From Spirochaetia bacterium (GTDB lineage Bacteria; Spirochaetota; Spirochaetia; SZUA-6; Bin103), in assembly GCA_965203055.1 (NCBI GenBank), contig OZ241863.1:3456001-3520000 (forward strand): a stretch of DNA of 64,000 bases, given 5' to 3'. The notes under the pieces are model-generated. The model did no database searches and was not told the origin of the DNA. It saw only the letters and a list, made by a program, of their open reading frames with translations. Both the position numbers and the translations under genes were made by a program. The first letter of the stretch is position 1. Every line of letters starts with the position of its first letter. Positions 1 through 8,883 of this stretch are shown here, one piece after another.

Positions 1-185
1 CCGGCGCTGTCGGCCAGCCGCGCCAACTCGTCCAGGCACTGCTCGACGCCCCACGCCTCCGGCTCCGCCGCCGGGCCGGCAAGCGCGCCGCGGGCGTCGG
101 GCGGCGCCGCGCCGCGCGCGGCCGGCGCGGTTTGCAGGCCGACCAGAAAGGCGCGCCGGGGCTGCGCCCGCGGCGGGTTCTTCAC
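1..185 (-). CDS. hflX: GTPase HflX, 5' fragment (runs off window start)
   Basis: Own translation from GTG at 185 (GTGA overlap with argH stop): VKNPPRAQPRRAFLVGLQT...EAWGVEQCLDELARLADSAG, resembling the HflX N-terminal 'LDELxxLAxTAG' motif. Only 61 codons visible. Confidence 0.7.
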   Translation of the reverse strand, partial: MKNPPRAQPRRAFLVGLQTAPAARGAAPPDARGALAGPAAEPEAWGVEQCLDELARLADSA

Positions 186-1615
186 GCTGCCGAGGTCTGC
201 CATGGATTGCGGTACACCGCCACCGGGCGGCCCATGAGCGCGGTCACTGCCGCGGCGGCCCGCGCCGCCTCGCCTTCCACCCGCGCGCGCTCCGCCGCCG
301 CCAGCCGCCGCCGGGCGGCCAGTTCCAGGTTGCCGGCCGTACCCACCGCGGTGCGCCCGGCCAACGCCGCCTGGGCGGCCGCGGCGGCGCCGCGCGGCGC
401 CGCCGGCGCGGCGCCGCCGGCCGCCGGCTGCGCGGCCTGGCGATAGGCTTCGCGGAAGGCCACCCCCCGGCTGACCAGAGCGAAGGCGGCGTCGGCGGCG
501 AACAACTCCGGCGTGAGCGCGCGCGCCAAGGCCGCTTCGCGCACCTGCAGCCGTTCGACCGTCAGGGTCATCACCACCACCTGGCCGATCACCGTGTCCA
601 GGCCGGTCAAGTAGGGTCGTTTGGTCTCCTGCAAGTCGCGGTGGTAGCCGCTCGGCAGGTTGCGCACGATACCCTTTACCGCGCCGGCGAGGCCGGACAC
701 CGTCGCCGCCCGGGCGCGCACCAGCTCCAGGCCGTCCGGGTTGCGCTTGTGGGGCATGATGCTGCTGCCGGTGCACAGCTCCACCGGCAGGGCCACGTAG
801 CCCAGCTCCGGCAGCGAGAACAGGATCAGGTCCTGAGCCAGACGGCTGGCGGTCATGGCCACCTGGTCGAGGGCGTCGAGGGTCACCGCCTCCAGCTTGC
901 CGCGGCTGTTGGCCGCGGTGAGCACGTTATGCACCGGACCGTCGAAGCCCAGCAGGGAGGCGACCAGCTCCCGGTCCAGCGGCAGCGGCGCCCCGTAACC
1001 GGCCGCGGAACCAAGCGGCGAGCGATTGGTCAGCCGGTAGCAGGTGGCCACCAGGGCCAGGTCGTCCAGCAGCTCCTCGGCGAAGGCCGCCGCCCACAGC
1101 CCGAGGGTGGAGGGCATCGCCACCTGGGTATGGGTGCGGCCGGGCATCGCGGTGCGCCGGTAGCGGGCGGCGAAGGCCAACAACGCCTCCGCCAGCGCCA
1201 GCACCGCCCGCTGCAGCTCGGTGAGCGCCTCGCGCCCGTACAGGCGCAGGGCGGCCATCACCTGATCGTTGCGCGACCGTCCGGCGTGGATCCTGGCGCC
1301 GGCCGCGGTGCGCCGGGTCAGGTAGCGCTCCAGCGCGGTGTGTCCATCCTCGTCGGACCGCTCGATGGTTAAGCCGCCGCGCTGCGCCAGTTCCAGCGCC
1401 TCCAGCAGCGCGGCCCGCAGTTCCGCCAGTTGCTCGGGCGAAAGCACCTCGATCTCCGCCAACATGGTGGCGTGGGCCATGGAAGCTACGCAGTCCGCGG
1501 CCAGCAGGGCGCCGTCGAGCCGATAGTCGTCGCCCACGGTGAACTGCTCGATGAGCGCATCCAGCGGCTCGTTCTTGTCCCAGAGTTTGCGCCCGGCGCG
1601 TTCCCCGCTAGCCAT
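182..1615 (-). CDS. argH: argininosuccinate lyase
   Basis: KLW start, GRSRNDQ, MPGRTHTQ, GSSIMPHKRNPD signature, GYHRDLQETK. ATG at 1615 overlaps the cimA stop. Confidence 0.95.
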   Translation of the reverse strand: MASGERAGRKLWDKNEPLDALIEQFTVGDDYRLDGALLAADCVASMAHATMLAEIEVLSPEQLAELRAALLEALELAQRGGLTIERSDEDGHTALERYLTRRTAAGARIHAGRSRNDQVMAALRLYGREALTELQRAVLALAEALLAFAARYRRTAMPGRTHTQVAMPSTLGLWAAAFAEELLDDLALVATCYRLTNRSPLGSAAGYGAPLPLDRELVASLLGFDGPVHNVLTAANSRGKLEAVTLDALDQVAMTASRLAQDLILFSLPELGYVALPVELCTGSSIMPHKRNPDGLELVRARAATVSGLAGAVKGIVRNLPSGYHRDLQETKRPYLTGLDTVIGQVVVMTLTVERLQVREAALARALTPELFAADAAFALVSRGVAFREAYRQAAQPAAGGAAPAAPRGAAAAAQAALAGRTAVGTAGNLELAARRRLAAAERARVEGEAARAAAAVTALMGRPVAVYRNPWQTSAA

Positions 1616-3173
1616 GGGCCGGCGCCAGGGTTCCGGGCGCCACCAGATTGAGCATCTTTTCGGTGGCCTGGGCCGCGGCCAGCACCTGATCGCTGTGCAC
1701 GCCCTTGGTGTTGAACACGCCGGGACGATCCGGGCGCAGCCAGGTGATGGAACACTGTACCAGCGCGTCCGACTTGCCGCCGGGCGGAATCGACACGTTG
1801 TAATCGGCCAGCCGCGGCAGGGTGAGCCCGAGCTGGCCCGCAATGCTGCGGATCGCGTTCATGAACGCGTCATAGCCGCCGTCGCCCTGGTTGCTGGCCT
1901 CGTACTCGTCGAACGCGCCGGCGGCGTTGCGGTGGGCGACCCTGACGGTAGCTATCGGCTTGAGGCCGATGCTGGACACCACCACGCAGCTCTTCAGGAT
2001 GAAGGTGCGGTCGTGCGGCGTCTCCAGCACGTCCGAAATGATGAACGGCAGGTCGTCCTGGGTGATGGTCTGCTTGCTGTCGGCCAGTTCCTTGATCCGC
2101 TCCAGCACCAGGCGGGACTGCTCCTCGTCCAACTCGATTCCCAGGTCGGCGAGATTGAACTCCAGGCTGCGCTTGCCGCTGAGCTTGCCGAGCGCATAGC
2201 GGCGGCGGCGCGCGAACCGCTCCGGCGACAGGCGGCTGGCGTAGAGGTCTCCCTTGTGGTCGCCGTCGGCGTGGATGCCGGCGGTCTGGGTGAACACGTT
2301 GGGGCCGACGATCGGCTTGTTGAAAGGCACCCGCCGGCCGGAGAACACCTCCACCCGCTCGCTGGCGGTAATCAGCTTGGTCTCGTCGATCTGCGTCCGC
2401 CGGCCCAGGAAGTCATGAATGCCGACCACCACCTCCTCCAGGGGGGTGTTGCCGGCGCGCTCGCCCATGCCGTTCACCGTACAGTGAACGCAGGAAACGC
2501 CCGCTTCCACCGCGGCGAGGGTATTCGCCGTCGCCATGCCGTAGTCGTCGTGGCCGTGGAAGTCGAAGCTCAGCTCGGGGTAGCGCCGCACCAGATCGCC
2601 GACGAACGCGCGCACCTGCCGCGGCGCCAGCAAGCCGAGGGTATCGGGCAGCATGATTCGCCACAGCCCGAGGCGGCGCAGCTCATCGAGCATGGCATAT
2701 ACGTAATCCGGCGACTCGAGCATCCCGCCCGACCAGTCTTCCAGATAGATGTTGCAGCGCACGCCGCGGCTGCCGGCATAGGCAACGGTCGCGGCGATGT
2801 CGGCAAAGTGGTCGGCGGGCTGCTTGCGGAGCTGGGTGGTGACGTGCCGCAGCGAGCCCTTGGCCAGCAGGTTCATCACCGTGCAACCGAGCTCCTCGAT
2901 CCAGTCGACGGAGCGGCCCACGTCGGTGAAGCCGAGCACCTCGATCGCCTCCGCGCGGCCATGCTTGGCGGCCCAGGAGATCACCTCGCGCACCGCGTCG
3001 CGCTCGCCGTCGCTGACCAGCGCGCTGGTGAGCTCCACGTGATCGACCTTCACGTCCTCCAGCAGAACCTTGGCAATGGCGAGCTTCTCGCCCGGCGTGT
3101 AGCTGACGTCCTGCATCTGCTCGCCGTCGCGCAGCGTGGTGTCGAGCACCTCGATGGTTGCGGCGCCGGTCAC
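1608..3173 (-). CDS. cimA: (R)-citramalate synthase, LeuA/CimA family with C-terminal regulatory domain
   Basis: DTTLRDGEQ, MNLLAKGS, NIYLEDWSGG, HGHDDYGMA, GMGERAGN, IPPGGKSDAL, DQVLAA. These match the Leptospira/Bacteroides-type CimA as I recall it. GTG start at 3173. Confidence 0.85.
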   Translation of the reverse strand: MTGAATIEVLDTTLRDGEQMQDVSYTPGEKLAIAKVLLEDVKVDHVELTSALVSDGERDAVREVISWAAKHGRAEAIEVLGFTDVGRSVDWIEELGCTVMNLLAKGSLRHVTTQLRKQPADHFADIAATVAYAGSRGVRCNIYLEDWSGGMLESPDYVYAMLDELRRLGLWRIMLPDTLGLLAPRQVRAFVGDLVRRYPELSFDFHGHDDYGMATANTLAAVEAGVSCVHCTVNGMGERAGNTPLEEVVVGIHDFLGRRTQIDETKLITASERVEVFSGRRVPFNKPIVGPNVFTQTAGIHADGDHKGDLYASRLSPERFARRRRYALGKLSGKRSLEFNLADLGIELDEEQSRLVLERIKELADSKQTITQDDLPFIISDVLETPHDRTFILKSCVVVSSIGLKPIATVRVAHRNAAGAFDEYEASNQGDGGYDAFMNAIRSIAGQLGLTLPRLADYNVSIPPGGKSDALVQCSITWLRPDRPGVFNTKGVHSDQVLAAAQATEKMLNLVAPGTLAPAHG

Positions 3174-3201
3174 GCAGCCCCCCCTGCGGCGCCGGCCGGG
3201 C

Positions 3202-3237
3202 CAACAAAAAGGGCCGTGAGCGGGACACCCACGACCC
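3202..3237 (-). terminator. intrinsic terminator-like hairpin in the cimA 5' leader
   Basis: Minus strand GGGTCGTGGGTG-TCC-CGCTCACGGCCC followed by TTTTTGTT, about 30 nt upstream of the cimA GTG. Confidence 0.65.
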
Positions 3238-3694
3238 GGCGCGGGCGCGTTGCGCAACACGGCGGCCGCGGGTACCGCGCCGCGGGCGTACCCCGAATGA
3301 CCCTGTCGCTGCCGTACAAGTATGGCGCCCCCATCGCTCGCTGCCGGTTTTCACCGTACCCGCAGCCCCCGATTCGGGTCAAGGCGCCGCATTGCCTCGG
3401 TCGCGTTCCCAGGTTGACGCGGCGCTACGGTGCCGGCTAGGGTTGGGATGGTCACTGACCGGCCGGCTCTCCGATTTGGATGCGGCGGCAGTGAACTACT
3501 GGTCTGACCCGTGCGCTCGCTCGACGAGGCGTATGCCGTTGCCTGGATTGGAGATAACCGGGACGACGCGGACTTGGCGCCAAAGCCGTGAATCCTCCAG
3601 ACCTCCAATCGACCGTCAAGGCAACCGCGCGCCGCTGCCGATAATCGGTACCTCGGGCGTTCGTACGCAGAGACCGATGGGCCGAGGAACCGCC

Positions 3695-4576
3695 GTGGAA
3701 CGCGACAAGGTCACCATCCGACAGGTCACCAAACGGGCGGGTGATGCACCGCGCCTGACGATGATCACCGCCTACGACTACTACAGCGCGCGGTTCGCGG
3801 ACCGCGCCGGGGTGGACATGATCCTGGTGGGCGACAGCCTCGGTCCGTTCATGCTCGGCTACCCCGGTACGGTGCCGGTTACCATGGAGGAGATGCTCCA
3901 CCACTGCCGCGCGGTCACCCGGGCGCAACCGGCGGCGCTGGTGGTCGGCGACCTGCCGTTCGGTTCCTACCAGATCGGCGCGCCGCAGGCGGTCGCCAAC
4001 GCCGTGCGCCTGATCAAGGAAGGAGGCTGCGCCGCGGTGAAGCTGGAGGGCGGCGCGGAGCGGGCCGCGGCCATCAGCGCCATCGCGGCCGCGGGCATCC
4101 CGGTAATGGGGCACGTCGGGCTGGAGCCGCAGTCCGAGCACCTGACCGGCGGTTACCGCGTGCAGGGCCGAACGGCGGCGGCGGCGGAGCGGCTGGTCCG
4201 CGACGCCCAGGCGGTTGCCGCCGCCGGCTGCTTCGCGCTGGTGGTGGAAGCGGTGCCGCGCAAGATCGCGGCCGAGATTACCCGGCGGGTGCCGGTCGCA
4301 ACCATCGGCATCGGCGCCGGCGCCGGTTGCGACGGCCAAGTGTTGATCTACCACGAAGTGATCGGCATGCATACCGGCAGCGCGCCGCGCTACGTCAAGC
4401 AATACGCCGACGTCGGCGCGCAGATCGACGGCGCGCTCGCCCGCTATTGCGCCGAGGTGCGCCGCGGGCAATTTCCCGACCGTGCGCACTCCTACCTGAT
4501 GGAACGCGCCGAGCTGGCCGCGTTCCGCGCGCGGCTGCCGGCAATCGACGGCCCTGCGCCATCCAACGGAGGTTGA
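3695..4576 (+). CDS. panB: 3-methyl-2-oxobutanoate hydroxymethyltransferase
   Basis: MITAYD, LVGDSLG, VKLEGG, MGHVGL, IGIGAG...DGQVL. GTG at 3695 with GAGGA upstream (alternative ATG 3677). Confidence 0.95.
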   Translation: MERDKVTIRQVTKRAGDAPRLTMITAYDYYSARFADRAGVDMILVGDSLGPFMLGYPGTVPVTMEEMLHHCRAVTRAQPAALVVGDLPFGSYQIGAPQAVANAVRLIKEGGCAAVKLEGGAERAAAISAIAAAGIPVMGHVGLEPQSEHLTGGYRVQGRTAAAAERLVRDAQAVAAAGCFALVVEAVPRKIAAEITRRVPVATIGIGAGAGCDGQVLIYHEVIGMHTGSAPRYVKQYADVGAQIDGALARYCAEVRRGQFPDRAHSYLMERAELAAFRARLPAIDGPAPSNGG

Positions 4577-4578
4577 CG

Positions 4579-5520
4579 ATGCGCGTGGTCACCGGCGCCG
4601 CCGAGCTGCGCGCCGCCCGGGCGAAGCTGTCCGGCAGCGTCGGCCTGGTGCCCACCATGGGCGCCCTGCATGCCGGGCACGCCGCGCTGGTCCGGCGCAG
4701 CGCGCGGGAATGCGAGCACACCGCGGCGAGCATCTTCGTCAATCCCGCGCAGTTCGACGACGGCGCCGACTTGGCGGCGTATCCCCGCGACCTCGAGCGC
4801 GATCTCGCCCTGCTCGCCGAGCTGCGCGTGGACCTGGTGTGGACCCCGCCCCCCGACGAGGTCTACCCGCCGGGATACCAGACCTTCGTCGAGGTACGCG
4901 AGCTGTCGCAACCGCTGGAAGGCGCGGCCCGCCGCGGCCACTTCTCCGGCGTGGCCACGGTGGTGACCAAGCTGCTGGTGCTGTTCCAACCGCAGCGCGC
5001 CTACTTCGGCCGCAAGGATGCCCAGCAACTGGCGGTGGTGCGCCGGCTCACCGCCGACCTCGGCCTGCCGGTCGCCATCGTCGGCTGCCCGACGGTGCGC
5101 GCCGCCGACGGGGTGGCCCTGAGCTCGCGCAATGCGATGCTCGCGCCGGCCGCCCGGCAGCGCGCGGCCGCCCTCCACCGGGGGCTGGCGGCCGCGGGGC
5201 GCTGCTGGCGCTCCGGCGAGCGCCGCCGCGAGCTCCTGCTGCGGCAGGCGCGCGCCCCGATCGACGCCGCCGGGGTGACGCTCGAGTACCTGAGCGTGGC
5301 CGACCCCGATACCTTGCAGGAGTTGCAGCCCACGGCCGCCACCGCCCGCGCGCTGGTATCGCTTGCCGCCCGCGTCGACGGGGTACGTCTGATCGACAAC
5401 CTGCTGCTGCCCGATGACCTCGAGGAGCCGCCGCCGGTGCGAGCGCCGGGGGCGGCGGGGACGGCGGGTAACGGAACGGCAGGCGCCCGGCCGGGCGCCG
5501 CGCAACCGGTGGCCGGATAA
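4579..5520 (+). CDS. panC: pantoate--beta-alanine ligase
   Basis: VPTMGALHAGH, SIFVNPAQF, FGRKDAQQ, ALSSRN, RLIDN. GGAGG RBS. Confidence 0.95.
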   Translation: MRVVTGAAELRAARAKLSGSVGLVPTMGALHAGHAALVRRSARECEHTAASIFVNPAQFDDGADLAAYPRDLERDLALLAELRVDLVWTPPPDEVYPPGYQTFVEVRELSQPLEGAARRGHFSGVATVVTKLLVLFQPQRAYFGRKDAQQLAVVRRLTADLGLPVAIVGCPTVRAADGVALSSRNAMLAPAARQRAAALHRGLAAAGRCWRSGERRRELLLRQARAPIDAAGVTLEYLSVADPDTLQELQPTAATARALVSLAARVDGVRLIDNLLLPDDLEEPPPVRAPGAAGTAGNGTAGARPGAAQPVAG

Positions 5521-6303
5521 GTGCTGCTCGGGATCGACGTGGGCAACAGCAACGTGGTGCTCGGCGTGTTCGACGGCGTGAGGCTGCGGGCGAGTTGGCG
5601 CATCCACACCCGCACCGCGGCGACCGCCGACGAATACGGCGTCCTGATTGCCGGGATGTTCGCCGGCGCAGGCCTGGAACCGGCGCTCATCGACGGGGTG
5701 GCGCTGGCCAGCGTGGTGCCGCCGCTGACCCCCTCCTTCGCGGAGTTGGCGCGGCGCATGTTCCGCTGCCGGCCGCTGGTGGTCGATGCCGGCGTGAAGA
5801 CGGGGGTCAAGGTGCGTTACGACAGCCCCCGCGACGTCGGCGCCGACCGCATCTGCAACGCCGCCGCCGCGTGCCGCTACTACGGCGCCCCCGCGTGCAT
5901 CATCGACTTCGGCACCGGCACTACCTTCGACGCGATCAACGCGGCCGGCGAATACGTCGGCGGGGCGATCGCTCCCGGCCTGGAGATCGCGCTGCAGGCG
6001 TTGGCGGGCCACACCGCGCGCCTGCCGCGCGTCGAGCTGCGCCCGCCGCCGGCGGCAATCGGGCGCAATACGGTGCATGCCATGCAGTCGGGACTGGTGT
6101 TCGGCTACGTGGCGCTGGTGGAGGGCATGGTGGCCCGCTTCCGCGCCGAGCTGGGGCCTGACCTGCGGGTCATCGGTACCGGCGGCCTGGCCGAGGTGAT
6201 CGCCGCCGAGACCGACGCGGTGCAGCAGGTCGATCCGTGGATCACCCTCAAGGGCCTGCGCATCGTCTACCAGCTCAACCAGCCGCCGGCGGCAGCCGCA
6301 TGA
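5521..6303 (+). CDS. coaX: type III pantothenate kinase
   Basis: IDVGNSN, VGADR, IIDFGTGTTFD, GGAIAPG, GTGG. Confidence 0.95.
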   Translation: MLLGIDVGNSNVVLGVFDGVRLRASWRIHTRTAATADEYGVLIAGMFAGAGLEPALIDGVALASVVPPLTPSFAELARRMFRCRPLVVDAGVKTGVKVRYDSPRDVGADRICNAAAACRYYGAPACIIDFGTGTTFDAINAAGEYVGGAIAPGLEIALQALAGHTARLPRVELRPPPAAIGRNTVHAMQSGLVFGYVALVEGMVARFRAELGPDLRVIGTGGLAEVIAAETDAVQQVDPWITLKGLRIVYQLNQPPAAAA

Positions 6304-7565
6304 ACGCGGCGACGCCGCGCCGCGGCGTGTTGGTGGGGGCGCGCGTGGTGGTCGGCGTGACCGGCAGCATCGCCGCCTACAAGGCGGCCACCCTGGTGAG
6401 CTCGCTGGTGCGCCGCGGGGCGTACGTCGACGTGATCCTTACCGCTTCTGCGGCGCGCTTCGTCACCCCCGCGACCTTCGCCGCCTTGACGCCGGGCGCG
6501 GTGCATGCCGACCTGTTCACCGACCGCGGCCTGCCGCACGTGGAGTTGGCCGAGCGCGCCGACCTGATCGTGGTGGCGCCGGCCACCGCCCACACCCTGG
6601 CGCGGTTGGCCCACGGCCTGGCCGACGACCTGCTCGCGCTCACCATCCTCGGCGCCCGCGCGCCGGTACTGGCGGCCCCGGCGATGGAGGCCGGGATGTG
6701 GCGCCATCCCGCCACCCGCCGCAACGTGGAGCTGCTGCGCGCGGACGGCGTGTACTTCGCCGGTCCGGACTGCGGGCGCCACGCCTCCGGCGCCGGCGGC
6801 CCGGGGCGCATGGTGGAACCGGAGGCGCTGGTCGGCCACGTTCGCCGGGTGTTGGGGCGGGGCGGCGATCTGGCCGGGATTCGCTGCCTGACGACGGCCG
6901 GGGGCACGCGCGAACCGCTCGATCCGGTACGCGTGCTGAGCAACCGCTCGAGCGGGAAGATGGGGCTCGCCCTGGCCCGCGCGGCGCGTGACCGCGGCGC
7001 CGAGGTGACGCTGATCACCACCGCGGCCGCGCCTCCCGACGACGCCGGGATCAGCGTCGCGCCGGTGGAGACCGCCGCCGAGATGCAGGCCGCGGTCAGC
7101 GCGCGCCTGGCGTCGCACGAGGTGCTGCTGATGGCGGCCGCGGTGGCCGACTACCGGCCGGCCGCCCGGGCTTCCCACAAGATCAAGAAGGGCAGCGCCG
7201 GGTCCCGCCGCCGGCTGGAACTGGAGCGGACCGACGACATCGTCGCCGCCGCGGCGCGCCGGCGGCGCAGCGCGGAACCCCTGCGCCGGCCGCGCGTGAT
7301 CGCCGCCTTTGCCGCGGAAACCGAGAATCTGGAGCAGTTCGCACGTGCCAAGCTGGAACAGAAGGGGGTCGATCTGATCGTTGCCAACCCGGTCACCGAC
7401 AGCGCGGGCGGCACCGTATTCGGTTCCGACCACAACGAAGTGCTGCTGATCGCTCCCGACGCGGCTACGGTGCGCCTGCCGCCGCTGGAGAAGGAGCAGG
7501 CCGCGCATCACATCCTCGATGCGGTGCGGCGGCAACTGGATCAGGGCGCGGCGCCGGGCGGCTGA
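6300..7565 (+). CDS. coaBC: bifunctional phosphopantothenoylcysteine decarboxylase/ligase
   Basis: GVTGSIAAYK, APATA, APAM, TAGGTREPLDPVR, SNRSSGKMG, AAVADY, FAAET. ATGA overlap with coaX. Confidence 0.95.
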   Translation: MNAATPRRGVLVGARVVVGVTGSIAAYKAATLVSSLVRRGAYVDVILTASAARFVTPATFAALTPGAVHADLFTDRGLPHVELAERADLIVVAPATAHTLARLAHGLADDLLALTILGARAPVLAAPAMEAGMWRHPATRRNVELLRADGVYFAGPDCGRHASGAGGPGRMVEPEALVGHVRRVLGRGGDLAGIRCLTTAGGTREPLDPVRVLSNRSSGKMGLALARAARDRGAEVTLITTAAAPPDDAGISVAPVETAAEMQAAVSARLASHEVLLMAAAVADYRPAARASHKIKKGSAGSRRRLELERTDDIVAAAARRRRSAEPLRRPRVIAAFAAETENLEQFARAKLEQKGVDLIVANPVTDSAGGTVFGSDHNEVLLIAPDAATVRLPPLEKEQAAHHILDAVRRQLDQGAAPGG

Positions 7566-7602
7566 GCTGGCTGATCCAAGCCAAGCGGCCCGTTCCCAAG
7601 GA

Positions 7603-7818
7603 TCAGCCGGCGCGCGGCTCCTCATCGCCGCCGGCGGCCTTGCCGGCGGCGCTCCGCCCGCCCTCGGCCTCCTCGCGGCCGGCGTCGCCCTGCCCCCGCT
7701 CGAACTCCTTCTTCGCGCGCCCGATGGAGCGCGCGAAGCGGGGAATGGCCGAAGCGCCGAACAGCACCAGCACCACGCCTCCGATGATGATCCACTCCGC
7801 TCCGCCAGGTAACATCAT
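7603..7818 (-). CDS. tatA: twin-arginine translocase TatA/TatE
   Basis: PGGAEWIII...LFGA..IPRFARSIGRAKKEF. AGGAGG RBS; downstream of tatC. Confidence 0.9.
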   Translation of the reverse strand: MMLPGGAEWIIIGGVVLVLFGASAIPRFARSIGRAKKEFERGQGDAGREEAEGGRSAAGKAAGGDEEPRAG

Positions 7819-7823
7819 CTTCT

Positions 7824-8117
7824 CTACTCCTCCTTGCGCGCGTTCGCGCCCGTCCGTTTCCCAGTCCCGCCGTTGCCGGCGGCATCCTGCTCCGAGCCGC
7901 CGGCGGCGATGCTGTGCCCCGGGTCATCCTGCTGCGGGTCGTCGTCCAGCTCCATGGAATACTGGAATTGACGCATGATGCGGCGCGACGCCCCGGTCAC
8001 GCGGCCATACAGCCTGCCCGCCTTGCGCATCACCCGCGGCAGCTCCTCGGGGCGCACGAACACCAGCAGGGCAACGCAGATCAAAGCGATCTCCCACACT
8101 CCGAGGCCGAACATCAT
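7824..8117 (-). CDS. tatB: twin-arginine translocase TatB-like subunit
   Basis: MMFGLGVWEIALI...VRPEELPRVMRKAGR. ATGA overlap with the tatC stop. Confidence 0.8.
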   Translation of the reverse strand: MMFGLGVWEIALICVALLVFVRPEELPRVMRKAGRLYGRVTGASRRIMRQFQYSMELDDDPQQDDPGHSIAAGGSEQDAAGNGGTGKRTGANARKEE

Positions 8118-8872
8118 TCGGCCCCAAAGCCGAGCAGCTTGGCAACCAGGATCGACAGAAAGAACATACCGACCATCGGCACCGCCAGGCTCACCTGCGA
8201 CACCACGTCCGGCGGGGTTACCACCGCGGCCAGGGCGAAGATCAGGACCACCGCGTAGCGGCTGGCGCGCAGCAATGCCCGCCGCGTAACCGCTCCCGTC
8301 ATCATCAGCACCACGAGCAGGATCGGAATCTGGAACACCAGCAGGAACACCAGCAGGAACTGGAACACGAAGAACACGTTGCGCTGGAAGTTGAGCAGCA
8401 GGCCGACACCCGGCGGGATGAACCCGCCGCTGACCAGAAACCGCACCGAAAGCGGTATGACGCTGTAGTAGCTGTACAGGAAGCCCGCCAGCAACAGCAC
8501 GAACGACGCCGCCAGGGTGGCCGTCACCGCGCGGCGCTCGCGCCCGGTGAGGCCGGGAAAGATGAAGCGCACCAGATGGTAGAGGTGCACCGGCAGCGAC
8601 AGCACGGCGCCGGCGATCAACGCCACCTTCACGCGCACCAGAAAGCCTTCGAAGATGGTGTTGATGAACAGATAGGCGGCGTCCGCCTCGGGCGCGGCGG
8701 ACGCGGCGGGCGGCAGCGACTCCAACGGACGCAGCAACACCGCCAGCACCGGCTCGTAGAACAGGTAGCAGGCGACGGCCGCCAGCAGCACCGCCAGCAG
8801 GGAGATGAGCAGTCGTTGCCGCAGCTCCGCGGCATGTTCGAGGAAGGGCATGGTGCCCCGCACCGGCGCCAT
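8114..8872 (-). CDS. tatC: twin-arginine translocase TatC
   Basis: MPFLEHAAELRQRL, FIFPGL, FQIP, AAVVTPPD; multiple TM segments. Confidence 0.92.
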   Translation of the reverse strand: MAPVRGTMPFLEHAAELRQRLLISLLAVLLAAVACYLFYEPVLAVLLRPLESLPPAASAAPEADAAYLFINTIFEGFLVRVKVALIAGAVLSLPVHLYHLVRFIFPGLTGRERRAVTATLAASFVLLLAGFLYSYYSVIPLSVRFLVSGGFIPPGVGLLLNFQRNVFFVFQFLLVFLLVFQIPILLVVLMMTGAVTRRALLRASRYAVVLIFALAAVVTPPDVVSQVSLAVPMVGMFFLSILVAKLLGFGAE

Positions 8873-8883
8873 CGTTCCTGGCT

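Noticed and set aside
7569..7608. Inverted repeat GGCTGATCC/GGATCAGCC between convergent coaBC and tatA
   Set aside because: 22-nt loop and no U-tract, so not confidently a terminator.
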